From Centroscyllium fabricii (lineage: Eukaryota): a stretch of 64,000 nucleotides of DNA. Below, one piece after another: positions 52,005 to 63,490 of the stretch (positions are counted from its first letter, which is position 1; the number at the start of each line of letters is the position of its first letter). The stretch is from NCBI GenBank assembly GCA_051313645.2, contig JBNRSN020000010.1:114638001-114702000 (forward strand). The letters are read 5' to 3'. A program made the translations under genes and the position numbers. Under the pieces are notes generated by a model that was given only the letters and a program-made list of their open reading frames with translations, made no database searches and had not been told where the DNA came from.

Positions 52005-52340
52005 TAACATGGTGGCATAGTGGTTAGCACTGTTGCCTCACAGAGCCAGGGGCCCGGGTTCAAATCCGGCCTCGGGTACTATCTGTGTGGAGTTTGCACA
52101 TTCTCCCCGTGTCTGCGTGGGTTTCCTCCGAGGTGCTCCGGTTTCCTCCCACAGTCCAAAGATGTGCGGGTTAGGTTGATTGGCCAGGATAAATTGACCC
52201 TTAGTGTTAGGGGGATTGAATATGTGGGGTTACGGGGATAGGGTGGGAATATGTGGGGTTACGGGGATAGGATGGGATGTGTGTCGGTGCAGGCTCGATG
52301 GGCCGAAATGGCCTCTATCTGCACTGTAGGGATTCTATGA
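52005..52340 (+). mobile_element. HE1-type V-SINE (tRNA head, V core, CR1-derived tail)
   Basis: A box GGTGGCATAGTGGTTAGC, B box GGGTTCAAATCC, V core TGTGTGGAGTTTGCACATTCTCCCCGTGTCTGCGTGGGTTTCCTCC, tail GGCTCGATGGGCCGAAATGGCC..GATTCTATGA. Confidence 0.92.
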
Positions 52341-53342
52341 TAACACCATTCCTACTGGGGGAAATATTGTGCTTGTAAAGGACAGGTACTTTCTTTGAAG
52401 CCAAGAGTATGCAATGTTTCCCAAAATAGCAATAAATATTTTGTATAATCAATTATATATTAAAAATAGCACAGGCTTGCATCATTTTAATTGTATTTCA
52501 CCTGTAGGTGGCACTGTGAGCATAGCATAATACTGCCTAATGTTACATGACTGAGTTGCAAGGAAGAAACAGAATTGCCAGGCAAAAGTAGAGGCGGAAC
52601 AAGAAAGAAATGGACCAAAGACCCGAAACTGCAGCTTGACGAGTCTGTAGAAAAGCCCAGAACTGCACTCAGCAATGCAAAAGCGAGGAACTGCACTCAA
52701 ACCAAAGGACTAGGACCCTGCCCCCCACTCGCACATGATCAGCTTTTTGACAACTGTCCCTCCTTGCTTACTGAGTAGCTTTTCAACAACTGGCACCCCC
52801 AGCCCCTCACTGAGCAGCTTTGCAAAAACTGGGTCTCCCCCACCCCCCTGCTAAGCAAAATCCTGATGAGGCACTCACCTCCCACAGAACAGATTTGGCA
52901 ACTGCCCCACCCCAAGTGAACAGCCTTCCTCCTACACTACAGTTTTTCCCCTGTCCTCTCCCTCTTCTCCACCCTCCCACTTCTTGGTCTAATTCAATTA
53001 TCGCCTCCAACACTGCCTGACCTGAATAGTGCCCTTGGTCCTGACTCCCCGTGGGCACCACCACAGGAGATCGACTGGTAATTGCATTAAAATTCCAATT
53101 TCTTTCAGTAAGCCGACAGTGCAAAGTAGAAAAATAAAATCAACACCAGCATTTTTAAGAAGCACCTCAAATATTCTCATTTTTATTTGCACTGTGGGTG
53201 GTTGAGACCCCTTTGCATGTACGGTTTATGTAACTGAAACCCTGATATGCAGCTTCTCTATTTAAAAGTGCTCTAGGTTCCTGGCACAATATCACTAGCT
53301 TCCTTGGTTTACACAGCCCCACGCATATGGTATCATGACTAT

Positions 53343-54138
53343 GGGGGGGATTTTCATGTCCCCGTGAGGCGGGGTTTTCGGCGGCCCGGCTGGCAAAATA
53401 GCGGAACCGGCAGGTTTTCGCCCACCCGCCCCCCACCCTCGGCATGCCCGCCGCTTTCTCATTTTCCCCCGCCCAGATTCCCCACCCCGAAACCTTCCCG
53501 TCGCCAGCCGGCGGGCATGGGTTGTCACCTTGTTAAGGGCCCTTAATTGGCATCTTTAATGCCATTTTAAGGGCCCTCAGCCATTTTACCCTGTTTCCCG
53601 CCCTAACCCCGTCACCTTAAACCCCGCTGGGTGAAACCCAGCGGGAGCACAGCGCTGGTTATTACTTTCTCCTTCAAGGTGTGAAGGACATGCTGCCAAA
53701 TGCTTGGCATGCCTCCAGCACCTTAGAGGAGTAAGTAACTCCGCTGTGGCTGCAGCAGCTGTGAGCAGAAATTGAGAAATCTCAGGTCTGAACACTTCCT
53801 CACAGCTGCTGCCGAGCTGTCAAAATTCTGATCCCGCCCGCCCACCTGTCAGTCACCAGCACTTGACCGTTCCCATGGTTCCGCTCCACTGTGATGTCAC
53901 AGTGGAGTGTTTCCATGGGAACTGTCAACAACCAGTGCTGGAACTGTCAATCAAGCTGCTCGCAGCCCCGGTGCAGCCCAACTCGATTGACCTAATTACT
54001 TCCCGCTGCGGCCGGCGGGGATTTAACAACCTCATTAAACTAAAATTGCGTGGCCTTCCCAGCTGTTTGGGCGGGCGGGGCCGGAGGCGGCCCAGACCAA
54101 TCCCCGCCAGGTTCCCGCCCTTCCGGCGAAATCCCCCC
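53343..54138 (+). mobile_element. Non-autonomous Harbinger derivative (MITE)
   Basis: Ends GGGGGGGATTTTC / GAAATCCCCCC. The first about 300 bp parallels 54141-54430, and the right end shares CCAATCCCCGCC with about 59357. Confidence 0.8.
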
Positions 54139-54675
54139 GTGGGGGGGAATTTTCATGTCCCCGTGAGGCGGGGTTTTGGGCGGGCGGGAGATAAATATTA
54201 GAAAATTTTGGTTCGTGCCGAAGCCCGCCCATTCCCCGCTGGATTTGAATTTTTGGGCAGCCTTTTTTCCCGCCCCGAATCTTTCCCGCCGGCGCCCGGC
54301 GGGGATGCTTGTTAAGGTCGTTAAGGGTCCTTAATTGGCATCTGTAATCCCATTTTAAGGGCTCTTAGCAATTTTCAGGTGTTTCACGCACAAAACCCGC
54401 CAAGATAAACCCCGTCAGGTGAAACCCTTGTGTGAACTCAGTGGGACTGCTGAGTATGTGTGTCTGGTGACTCAATGAAGGCTCACATTTAATCAGCCAT
54501 CATTCTCTTCCGCAAACACATTGTTCTCTCAGTCCTGGGGATATTTGCAACAGGCTTCAGCACACCTGTGGAAGGTTGAATCCTCAAACACTTCTGCAGT
54601 GTGACCTGGGAAAGCCCTCTCACTAACCCCCCCCGCTCACTCAGTGCTTCCTCAGCCGAGGCTGCCAGCAATGCC

Positions 54676-55907
54676 ATGGGAGCCATTTTCTTCCTTCCCT
54701 TCTTGGGATTACATGATCTCTACCAGGAGCAGATGCGGCTACAGCAGCAATAGCAGCAGCCACACCAGGAGCCTGACGCTCCTGCGGACCCTCCGGGGGC
54801 AGCATGGGCCAGAAGGCATCGGCGCATCCAAGGCCGTCGCCGCAGAAGATACCCCCAAAACAGGGTCTACAGAGTCCGAGCCACCTACCTCAACATGAGT
54901 GAGCGGCGGTGCCAAAGGCGACTCCGACTTTCCCGAGAGGCAGTCACAGACATCTGCGCCATGCTGCAGCAAGAGCTGGAGCCCAGGACACCATGTAGAC
55001 ATGCCTTACCAGTGGCCCTCAAAATCACCACCGCACTCAACTTCTTTGCCTCGGGCTCATTCCAGGGATCAGCAGCCGACATCAGCGGAATCTCCCAGTC
55101 AGCCGCACACTCCTGCATCACCCAGGTAACCAATGCCCTCTTTGCCCGTGCCCACAATTTCATCCATTTTACCACGGATCGCGCAAGTCTGAGGGCCCGA
55201 GCGATTGGAATGGCTCATCTGGCAGGCTTCCCAAGGGTACAGGGCATCATTGACTGCACACATGTGGCCCTTAGGGCACCCAACGACAACCCAGTAGCTT
55301 TTCTCAACCGCAAGGGCTTCCATTCACTCAATGTTCAACTGGTGTGTGACCACAACAAGGAGATTTTGCATGTGTGTGCCAGGTACCCTGGCAGCTGCCA
55401 TGACTCCTTTGTCCTGCGCCAATCAACCTTGCCTATGCTTTTCACACCGCCGGACCAGCGTTCGGAGTGGCTACTTGGAGGCAAGGGCTATCCCCTCAGG
55501 ACTTGGCTCATGACGCCGGTCAGGAGGCAGCCAATGAGGCTGAGGAGAACTACAACTCCAGACACATCTCCACCAGAAGCATTATAGAGCACACCATCGG
55601 CTTGCACAAGATGCGTTTCAGATGCTTGGACAGATCAGGTGGAGCCCTGCAATACACCCCAGCCAGGGTCTCCAGAATGGTAGTGGTTTGCTGTCAACTT
55701 CACAACATCGCACAGCCCCGTGGCTTGCAACCTCCTGACCAAGACCTGCCTCCTCGCATACCGTCCTCAGATGAGGAGGAAGAGGAGGAGGAGGAGGAAG
55801 AGGAGGACGGGGTTGCTGCCGCTCGACCCCAGCCAGCGCCACCATTACGCGAGACAGTTGCTGGCCGGCAAGTAAGGATGGAGCTCATCCTTGCAAGATT
55901 TTCTTAG
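54676..55907 (+). pseudogene. Harbinger (HARBI1-like) DDE transposase
   Basis: ATG at 54676 is in frame with 54895. Motifs 'IIDCTHV', '[11 protein letters not shown]', 'PGSCHDS', 'IEHTIG..K.RFRCLD' and 'LHN'. One in-frame TAG, one frameshift near 55525, and GDKGY mutated to GGKGY. Confidence 0.93.
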
Positions 55908-57157
55908 CCTACTCAAGCCAGCTTGTGCTACTCTCCTCATCCTAACAGCGCATCCTCACTGACACACTCCAATCAGATCCACAGCTCATACCTGCTTGAG
56001 TCCCACTACTGTAACGACATCTGTGTTTGGGGGGGGGTTGGGAGAGTGTGCTTCTGGACCTGCCAAGTGCCTGTGACTGCTTTCTGCGCTCGCGCATGCA
56101 CCCACGCCCCTGACGCACCACACATTTCTTTGATGAACATGGTCCCACCCAAACATCCATCCATCACATGCAATAATGAACACAGAAATAATAAAGGTTG
56201 CAACGGCAACATGCTGTTTCGTAAAGACATTAAGCAAACATGGCCACACGCATGGTTGTTCAACTGATGACCAGCACTTATGAATCACTGCATTAATGAT
56301 GTCCCAGGCATCTCAGCTGCAGACATGCAGGTTGAAACGGTCAAATGTCATGATCAGCAATGCTGCACCTCAGCCAGTCCAGTTTTGAGCTTGCAACTTC
56401 ATATCCATTGTCAATCATGTTCCCCCCTCTCACGTGCTGCCCCTCCCTTTTCAAGAGTGACACATTCTGACAAACCAGGGCAGCACTCCCGGACATGAGG
56501 CAGGAGCTGCGGAGGGCGGTGAGGGTCAATGTCTGGTGGGTCTTCACCCACCTGATCTTGTTTGATGTGTGAGAGCTGAGGCATGCTGGCACCATGGCTC
56601 CTTGGCCATTCCATCAGGGTCAAGTGCTGTGAGGGACCACTTGCAGCCAGATGATGTTGGATGCGTGGGCACTTTGGCCAGTTGGCCCATCTTTTCTTTG
56701 CCCACCTCCATCCTTTTAAAGTTTTGGTCGTGTTAAAGTTCAGCCCTGAGGCATGTTTGCTGGTGTAGCGAAAACATCAGGTGGTTTGTTCAGATAACCT
56801 GGTCATCCTTTGGACCACACATCGGTCATACAGTCCCTCTGTTCGCTGGTGTGCGTCACCATGAAGGTAGGCCGATTTCAAGGACCTTCACTGTTAACCA
56901 GTGAGTTGCAGTCTGTTATTGAACCTCATGCGTCTTGCTGTAAGTCCTTCTGCCATGTTGCGTCTGCATCCTTGCATATCTGTGAGGCCTGCCCGATTGC
57001 TGTCCAGCCTGCATAAGGTTTCAATGTGGAAGGGCCATTCACAAGATGTCAGACATGACAACTGCATCAGGTGGCACCTGCAGTGGTCTGCTGTCTGACC
57101 ACTGCTTTGGACACCTAACTGACTGTTACACTAACACCCAAGTGACTCCCATTGTGC

Positions 57158-59145
57158 CTAAGGGTGCTTAAGTTTTCTTTTGCGAGTGCTCCTACGTGGT
57201 GCTATCCCTGTGGTGTCAGCAGATGTGGAGGCCCCCTGCTGAGTGCCCTGCTGCTCCTGTCTGGACACCTTTGGCGGTCGTCCTCTGGGGCGGCGAGCCT
57301 GTGGGGGCTCGCTACCAGTCTGCTGCTCCTGCGGCTGGGCAGCGTATGAGACTTCCATCTCAGGTGCATGGGGACTCCGGCGGGCCTCTGACCGAGGGCT
57401 CTGCAGTGGTGTGGACGTGGGAGCGCTTGGAGAGGAGCCCCCACTTCCTTCAGCTGCACCACCAACCTCCCTCTCATGGGTCACCTCCCCCTCAGCGCCA
57501 GCAAGTGGCTGGACAGCACCTTGCTGCACTTCAGGGAGGCCATGGGGACCCATTTCTGCAGTGGAAGTCCTACTGAGAGGGACTTCCACGAAGGTCTGGG
57601 TCCTCTGCTCAATAGATCCACTCGCTGCTCAAGAGATGTGAATCTATTGTGGACAGTGCCCATGTCTTCGAAAGACTGGCGACTTATGTGCTCGATGGCC
57701 GTGGCCATCCTCTCCTCCACGGTCGCTATCCTTTCCATGGTGGTTGCCATCCTTTCCACGGTGATGCGATCATGCGCCACTGACTCCGCAAGGTCGCTTC
57801 TCATGCTTGCGACAGACTCCTCCATTCGCATGACACTCGCAGCTACCAGGGAGACCAAACCTGTCAGACGCCTGCATCTGTGTCTGGAGTCCCATCATGT
57901 GTCCTCTGCCTGATGGATCCAAAGGCGCTGGGTCGACATGCAGCTCAGCTAAGCTGGCAGAGTCCTGCGCCCTCCGACTAGGATTCTGCACTGCTGTCCC
58001 TGTCTCCACAATCTGCTGAGGCTCACTAGTGCTGTCTGAATCACCCGCTGACAAGTCATATGTAGCTCTAGGGGGGCCCACCGAGGTGCTAGTATCTGCG
58101 CTGGTGCCGGGTGGAGTCTGTGCTGCTGACGGTGCACCCTCAGAGGTGGCAGGTTCCTCTGAGGACTGAACAGGGGCGGCCTGGTGCTCATCTCTGCTTG
58201 GCCGTCCAGCTGCAGATGGGCATTTGGGGCAGTAAAGGCAGAGGTTAGAGATATGTCAACAAGGTTACATACAAATAGCATTCAGGAGCTGAGCAGAGCT
58301 GCCTCTGCAGTGCTTTTACATTCATTGTGCCAGTCTCATGTATTAGTTGTTAGAGAAATAATTAAACCATGCTGTCACCAGCTCCAGATTGCATGCCTGC
58401 CTCGCTGTCACCCACTCCTGGGGCTTGCCCCTCCCCAACGAGGTCTAGAACTGCCTCCTCCCAGGTGGTGAGCTGCTGGATGGTGGGGGGTCCTCCTCTG
58501 GTCCCGGCGCTGTGCCGCTTGTTGGCGGCTGTCTTTTCCTGCAATGAGGGAGAGAAGTGGAGGTTGAGTGAGAAGGAAGGAGTTGGTGCAGCGAGTGACC
58601 AGCAAAGTTTGTTGTAGGGTGACAAAGATGCAGTGAGCCTGCAAGACCAAAGGCTCTCCCTGTGTGGTGCCAGATGTGCAGCAAGCATGAGAGTGAGAGG
58701 GAGTGTGAGGGCTGAATGGAGGGAAAGGACCGTGAGTGTGAGCATAGATAGAGAGGGAATGGGTAAGGTTGCTTGGATGTGATGGGCAAGTGGGAAGTGC
58801 AGGAAAGGAATGGTGAAGATAAGTTGTGGTGAGGAGAGGTGAGGGGAATGAGATTGAAGGTGAGGGGAAATGAATACTTACTCTCGCAGTGCGATGAAGG
58901 TCATGCACGCTCTTGCGACACTGCAGCCAGGACAGGGGTGTTGTGCCCAAAGAGCTGACCCCCTCAGCCACCTGCTGCCATGCAGCCTTAGTCTGTGAGA
59001 GAGGTCTCTTCCTCCCTGAGGAGGGGAAGAGAACCTCCCTATGGGTGGTTGCCCCCTTGAGCAATGCGTCCAGGGAGGCATCATCAAATTTGGGGGCGGG
59101 TCGTCCCCTCGCGCTGCCCGATGCAGCACCCTCACGCTCTGCCAC
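57158..59145 (-). pseudogene. Harbinger Myb/SANT (trihelix) DNA-binding partner gene, 3 exons
   Basis: Exon 1 59145-58882 ('APKFDDASLDALL..W..VA..V....WLQCRK..HDL', donor GTAAGT). Exon 2 58538-58379 (acceptor CCCTCATTGCAG; EKTAANKR..GGPP..LTTWEE). Exon 3 from 58209 (acceptor CATCTGCAG) to ..RRSTRKRKLKHP*. Splice phases are compatible. Start reads GTG and exon 3 has frameshifts. Confidence 0.8.
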
Positions 59146-59916
59146 CCTGATGAAGGTTGTTGAGCGCTGAGCAGTGCGGGAGGCGAGCTGTGTTTATTAA
59201 AGGAAACCCGAATCCTGACGTCATATTGTGCGACTTTCTGACGGGAAATCGGTGATTGGGAAGGCTTCCCACAGGCGGGGAATTAATTGGGTCGTTAGAC
59301 GAAAATCTCGTGGGAAACGCAGGCACTTAATCGGACGGGACAAAAACCCGCCCCGACCAATCCCCGCCATTAGGGCAAAATTCCGGCCTATGTTTCTATC
59401 AAGATTTACTTGTGATAATCTTGACTTTAATTTAAATACCAGAGTCTCAATATGCAACAGAATTTTCATGATTCCACTGCCCTCCCTACTTCTTTTGTTA
59501 TTGTATACTCTCACAATTCTGCAGTTGAGAGAAATGTTCCAGATGCGCTCTAGTCTTCCCATTTCAGAACACTAACTCTTAGGGTGATAAATTAAGTAAC
59601 GCCCCGTTTGGGGCGCTATACTCGGCACAGCGCAAAATTATCACCACCAACAGCAAACTTGGCTTTTCTCGCTCCTGGACATGATTGGAGTGCTAAATCA
59701 GACGCTACACACCTGTCTTAAGGCGCAAAGGCCGAGGAGTGAGGCACGACCTCAGAGCGCGGGCACAGCGCAGGTGCTGTCAGTTACCGACTGAACAAAC
59801 ACAGTGGCGCCTGTCAGTTCTTAAAGGGGGAGGGTCGACCTCGCTCTCCAGCCACACCATACTGATTGGAGCCTTGATTCTCGGCCTGGACAGACCTGCG
59901 ACTACATTTTCCAGCC

Positions 59917-59990
59917 ATGGAGAGGGCCAGGGAGCGAGCACAGCGCTTCACCGAGCGGGCCTTGGAGGTTCTAGTTGGCGCAGTGAAGTG
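59917..59990 (+). pseudogene. N-terminal remnant of the Harbinger Myb/SANT gene
   Basis: 'MERARERAQRFTERALEVLVGAV' is the first helix of the domain, then similarity stops. Confidence 0.65.
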
Positions 59991-60291
59991 GAACCCGAAT
60001 GCCCAACACTCATCCAACACCTATGGCCCTTTTATCAAACACACATGCACATTCCACACTTTGTATGCAGTAAGGGCTATTCATCCATGGGAGGCACAGC
60101 AGGCAACACAATGGCTGTATATTGGAAGGGCATGTGGAAATCTGACAGAGTTTGTAAAATAAATACTTTTTAAAATTCAAAATCTACATGTTTGGTGTTT
60201 GCCATCATTGATGCCTTGACCGGCTTCGGGGCTGCGAGTTGGTTTCATTCAGGTTGTTCTCACTAGCAAAAGTCTTTTCATCACAAGGGGC

Positions 60292-61442
60292 CTAGAAACG
60301 GCTTGCTATGAGCCTTTGACGGATGGCCCGTCCAGTTTCCACATCCCTCCCGCCTTGGTGCTGCTGCTGCTGATCATCCTCCTCCTCCTCATCTTCCTCC
60401 TCCTCCTCTTCTGGTGGTGCTGCAATGCCTGGTAGCATTGGCTGGGTCCTGAGGACTACAAGGTTATGCAGCATGCAGCACACAACCACGAAGTGGGAGA
60501 CTCACTCAGGCAAGTACTGGAGGGCTCCTTCAGAATGGTCCAGACAGCGGAACCATTGCTTCAGCACGCCAATTGTGTGCTCAGTGATGTTCCTGGTAGT
60601 CTGATGGCTCTCGTTGTATCGCAGCTCAGCAGGGGTGTTGGGCGTATGGAGCGGTATCATCAGCCAGGGGCTCAGAGGATATCCCTTGTCCCCGAGAAGC
60701 CAACCACCTGGGTGATGTGGTGCCTGGAAAAGGTCTGCCACAGAAGTCTGGTGTAGTATGAAGGCATCGTGGCTGCTGCCTGGATAGTGGACATTGACAG
60801 CGACTATCAGCTGTTTGTGGTCACACACCAACAGCACGTTAGGGAATGGGAGCCCTTTCGGTTGTGGAAATCCTCGGCATTCTGATACGGCGTACGCAAA
60901 GCCACATGCGTGCAGTCGATGGCGTCCTGCACCATGGGGAAGCCCGCTATCCTTGCAAAGCCCATTTCACGTTCTTGCTGCTTGTCCGGGGTCATGTGGA
61001 TAGATATGTACTCTCGTCTCCTTTTAAAGAGGGCATTTGTCACCTGATGGATGCAGCAATGCACCGCGAACTGGGAGATATTAGCGATGTCCCCGGTATC
61101 TGATTGAAATGAGCCGGTGGCATAGAAGTTGAGAGCTACTGTTATCTTCACTGCCACCGACAGAGACGTCCTGGTCCTCAGTTGAGGCTGCAGGTCTGGC
61201 TGAAGCAGGTGACAGAGCTCAGTGACCACCTCCTTCCTGAAGCGCAGCCTTCGCAAATACTGCTCCTCAGACATATTAATATAGGAGAATTGTTGGCGGA
61301 ATACCCTGGGAGGGTAAGGTCTCCTGTACAGAGGCCTGTTGGCCATCCTCCGCCTGGCCATGATTGCTACTCTCTCTCGGCGTCTCTGTGCCCTACGAAT
61401 GTGATGGAGCAGGACGACACCCCCATCAATTGCAGCCCCCAT
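60292..61442 (-). pseudogene. Harbinger DDE transposase, frameshifted
   Basis: 'AIDCTHV', 'NRKG.HSL', 'PGSSHDAF', 'LLGDKGYP', 'EHTIGVLK.WFRCLD' and 'CCMLHN' over three ORFs. Confidence 0.93.
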
Positions 61443-62232
61443 AGTCTCGACGCAAGCAAAGTTGTGAAGGCCAAAAACCAAATGTACCTAAAAAGTTATG
61501 GGCAGAAGCCAAAACTACCTCAGACAGCGTTGACTCAAAGAAGTCTCTCTGCGAACGAGTGGTGCAAAAATGGCTACCACACCAAATCCAGGAAGAGGCT
61601 CCCTTTAAATAGCGCGCACCTCCCAGCAACTGGGATGCATTCCAGTGTACCTGTCGTTGGTAGCACAAGGCGGAAAGGAGGGGGGCGCCACTCAATTTCC
61701 AGTCTGGGGCGCCCCAAGGGCATTGCACTCTCGAATGATGTCAAGATCTGCGTGCGCAGGAGATCGCGCGGTATTGTTTAGCGACGCTGCCGAACGCCTA
61801 GTCAATTTCCCGAGCGGTGATAAACTCGCCGCGCCCGCGCACTAGTTGCTTTGCGCCCCCATTAGGCGCTAACGGGTGGCGCAACCAACCGAATTTTTCC
61901 CCCTTAGTGTTTAAAAGCACAAAGTAATACTAACTTGAGGAAAATTAAATCTGACTGTACACACAGATGAAATAATGGTATGCTGGAGTTCGGAAGGCAA
62001 TCAGAGATTGCATACATGGTCCTGATGCAAAGTTGGAAAGAATGCAGGGTTATGAAATTATGAGTTATGTCAAGACCAGAAGCTGCATTTGGTGCACTCA
62101 ATTTAAAGTGTTTTAATTTCATATGAAAATGCCCGACACACATCCATAAATTGTATTTCTAAAAAGTATTACTAAAGTTTAAAATGGCTACACCAAACAC
62201 TACGGCCTGAAGCCAAATGGGAATACATTATA

Positions 62233-62821
62233 CAGGTTGAAGTTCGTTAATCCGACACGGGCGGGACCAGGCCTGTACCGGACAAGTGAAAATCCCGAAC
62301 GATTGAAGTTTCGGCGAGCGCATGCGCAGACCATTCAAAATGGCTGCCGCGAAAGGCCGGCAGCCATTTTGAGTGGTCTGCACATGCGCTGATCGTTCGG
62401 GGGGACCCGGTGCGGGGAGGCTCGCAGCGGCAAGGCTCGGGGGAGGCTCGCAGCGGCAAGGCTCGGGGGAGGCTCGCAGCGGCAAGGCTCGGGGACGCTC
62501 GCAGCGGCCAGGCTCGGGGAGGCTCGCAGCGGCCAGGCTCGGGGAAGCTCGCAGCGGCCAGGCTCGGGGAAGCTCGCAGCGGCCAGGCTCGGGGAAGCTC
62601 GCAGCGGCCAGGCTCGGGGAAGCTCGCAGCGGCCAGGTCCGGCTCGGTCATTGTGAATGATCTGCGCATGCGCTCGCCGTACGGCGGCGCATGCGCAGAT
62701 CACTCGCCAAAGCATCAATTGCGGTGGCCATTTTGCGCATGCGCAGGGCAGTCGGGGAAATTATTGCCGGACGTTCGAAGTTGCCGGTTTTTCGGGTGCT
62801 GGATTAACAAACTTCAACCTG
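62233..62821. mobile_element. Tigger-type MITE with internal GC-rich minisatellite
   Basis: TIRs CAGGTTGAAGTTCGTTAATCC / GGATTAACAAACTTCAACCTG, with TA on both sides. Confidence 0.88.
62414..62640 (+). repeat. 25-26 bp tandem repeat, 9 copies
   Basis: Unit GCTCGCAGCGGC(A/C)AGGCTCGGGG(G)A(A/G). No unique spacers. Confidence 0.95.
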
Positions 62822-63004
62822 TAATAGGTGTGGCTTTGTGGCAATGCTTCCCAGACTACACTGAGAATAAATATTAGTATGAAAATTACACACAGTGTCA
62901 AAAGTAATACATTTTCATCCTGCATAGTTTAATCCCGAAGGTTTACATTGAAGACTTAAAATTACATAGAAATTATACTATAATAGTGCACAATAGTTTG
63001 TCAG

Positions 63005-63490
63005 GTTGGCACTTTTGGTAGCACTCTCCTGTCTGAACAGTAGGTTATGGGTTCAAACCCCATCGTAGGTGGACAGTCCAGTGCAGTACTAAGAAGTGTT
63101 ACATTTATATTCCCTTTCCAGTGGACTGGTCAGCATCAGTAATGGTGGTTGTTTGTCGCACTAGTTTGACAATCCATACAGGCAGATCTCATACCAGCCA
63201 GCAATGTGGATTGCCTCTGATATAGGGGCTGCCGTTCGGATAAGATGTTCAACCATGATCCTGTCTTTTTGTTCTAGTCGTTCAGGATGATGTTACAGAT
63301 CCCATGGCACTATTTGAAGAATGGAGTTCTCCCATGATTCTACATCAACCAGTACCACCAGAAAAAAACAGATGAACTGAACACTCATCTCATTGCTGTT
63401 TATGGGACTGGTTTGTCTACATAAGTCACTAAACTTGAAAATAATTCAGCTTATGAAGTGCTTTGAAACAGTTGAGATGTGTAACTTTTT
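63005..63490 (+). mobile_element. DeuSINE (SacSINE1/AmnSINE1-like)
   Basis: tRNA head GGTAGCACTCTC..GGGTTCAAACCCCA, then Deu-core-like TTCGGATAAGATGTTCAACC..AGATCCCATGGCACTATTTGAAGAA..CATTGCTGTTTATGGGA. Confidence 0.75.

Larger units (their letters stand above)
54141..59388 (+). mobile_element. PIF/Harbinger transposon with convergent transposase and Myb/SANT genes (decayed)
   Basis: Termini GGGGGGAATTTT / AAAATTCCGGCC. Both characteristic genes are present. Confidence 0.92.
59582..61903 (-). mobile_element. Second PIF/Harbinger transposon, internally deleted
   Basis: Termini GGGTGATAAATT / AATTTTTCCCCC with perfect TTA TSD (59579-81, 61904-06). Confidence 0.9.

Noticed and set aside
52005-52075. 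tRNA gene
   Set aside because: A/B boxes belong to the head of an HE1 V-SINE, and there is no complete cloverleaf.
54895-55907. Domesticated HARBI1 host gene
   Set aside because: Lies within TIRs with a Myb partner, and has a stop, a frameshift and a mutated catalytic-region Asp.
62414-62640. CRISPR-like regular repeat
   Set aside because: Contiguous tandem units without unique spacers, inside a eukaryotic MITE, and no cas genes.
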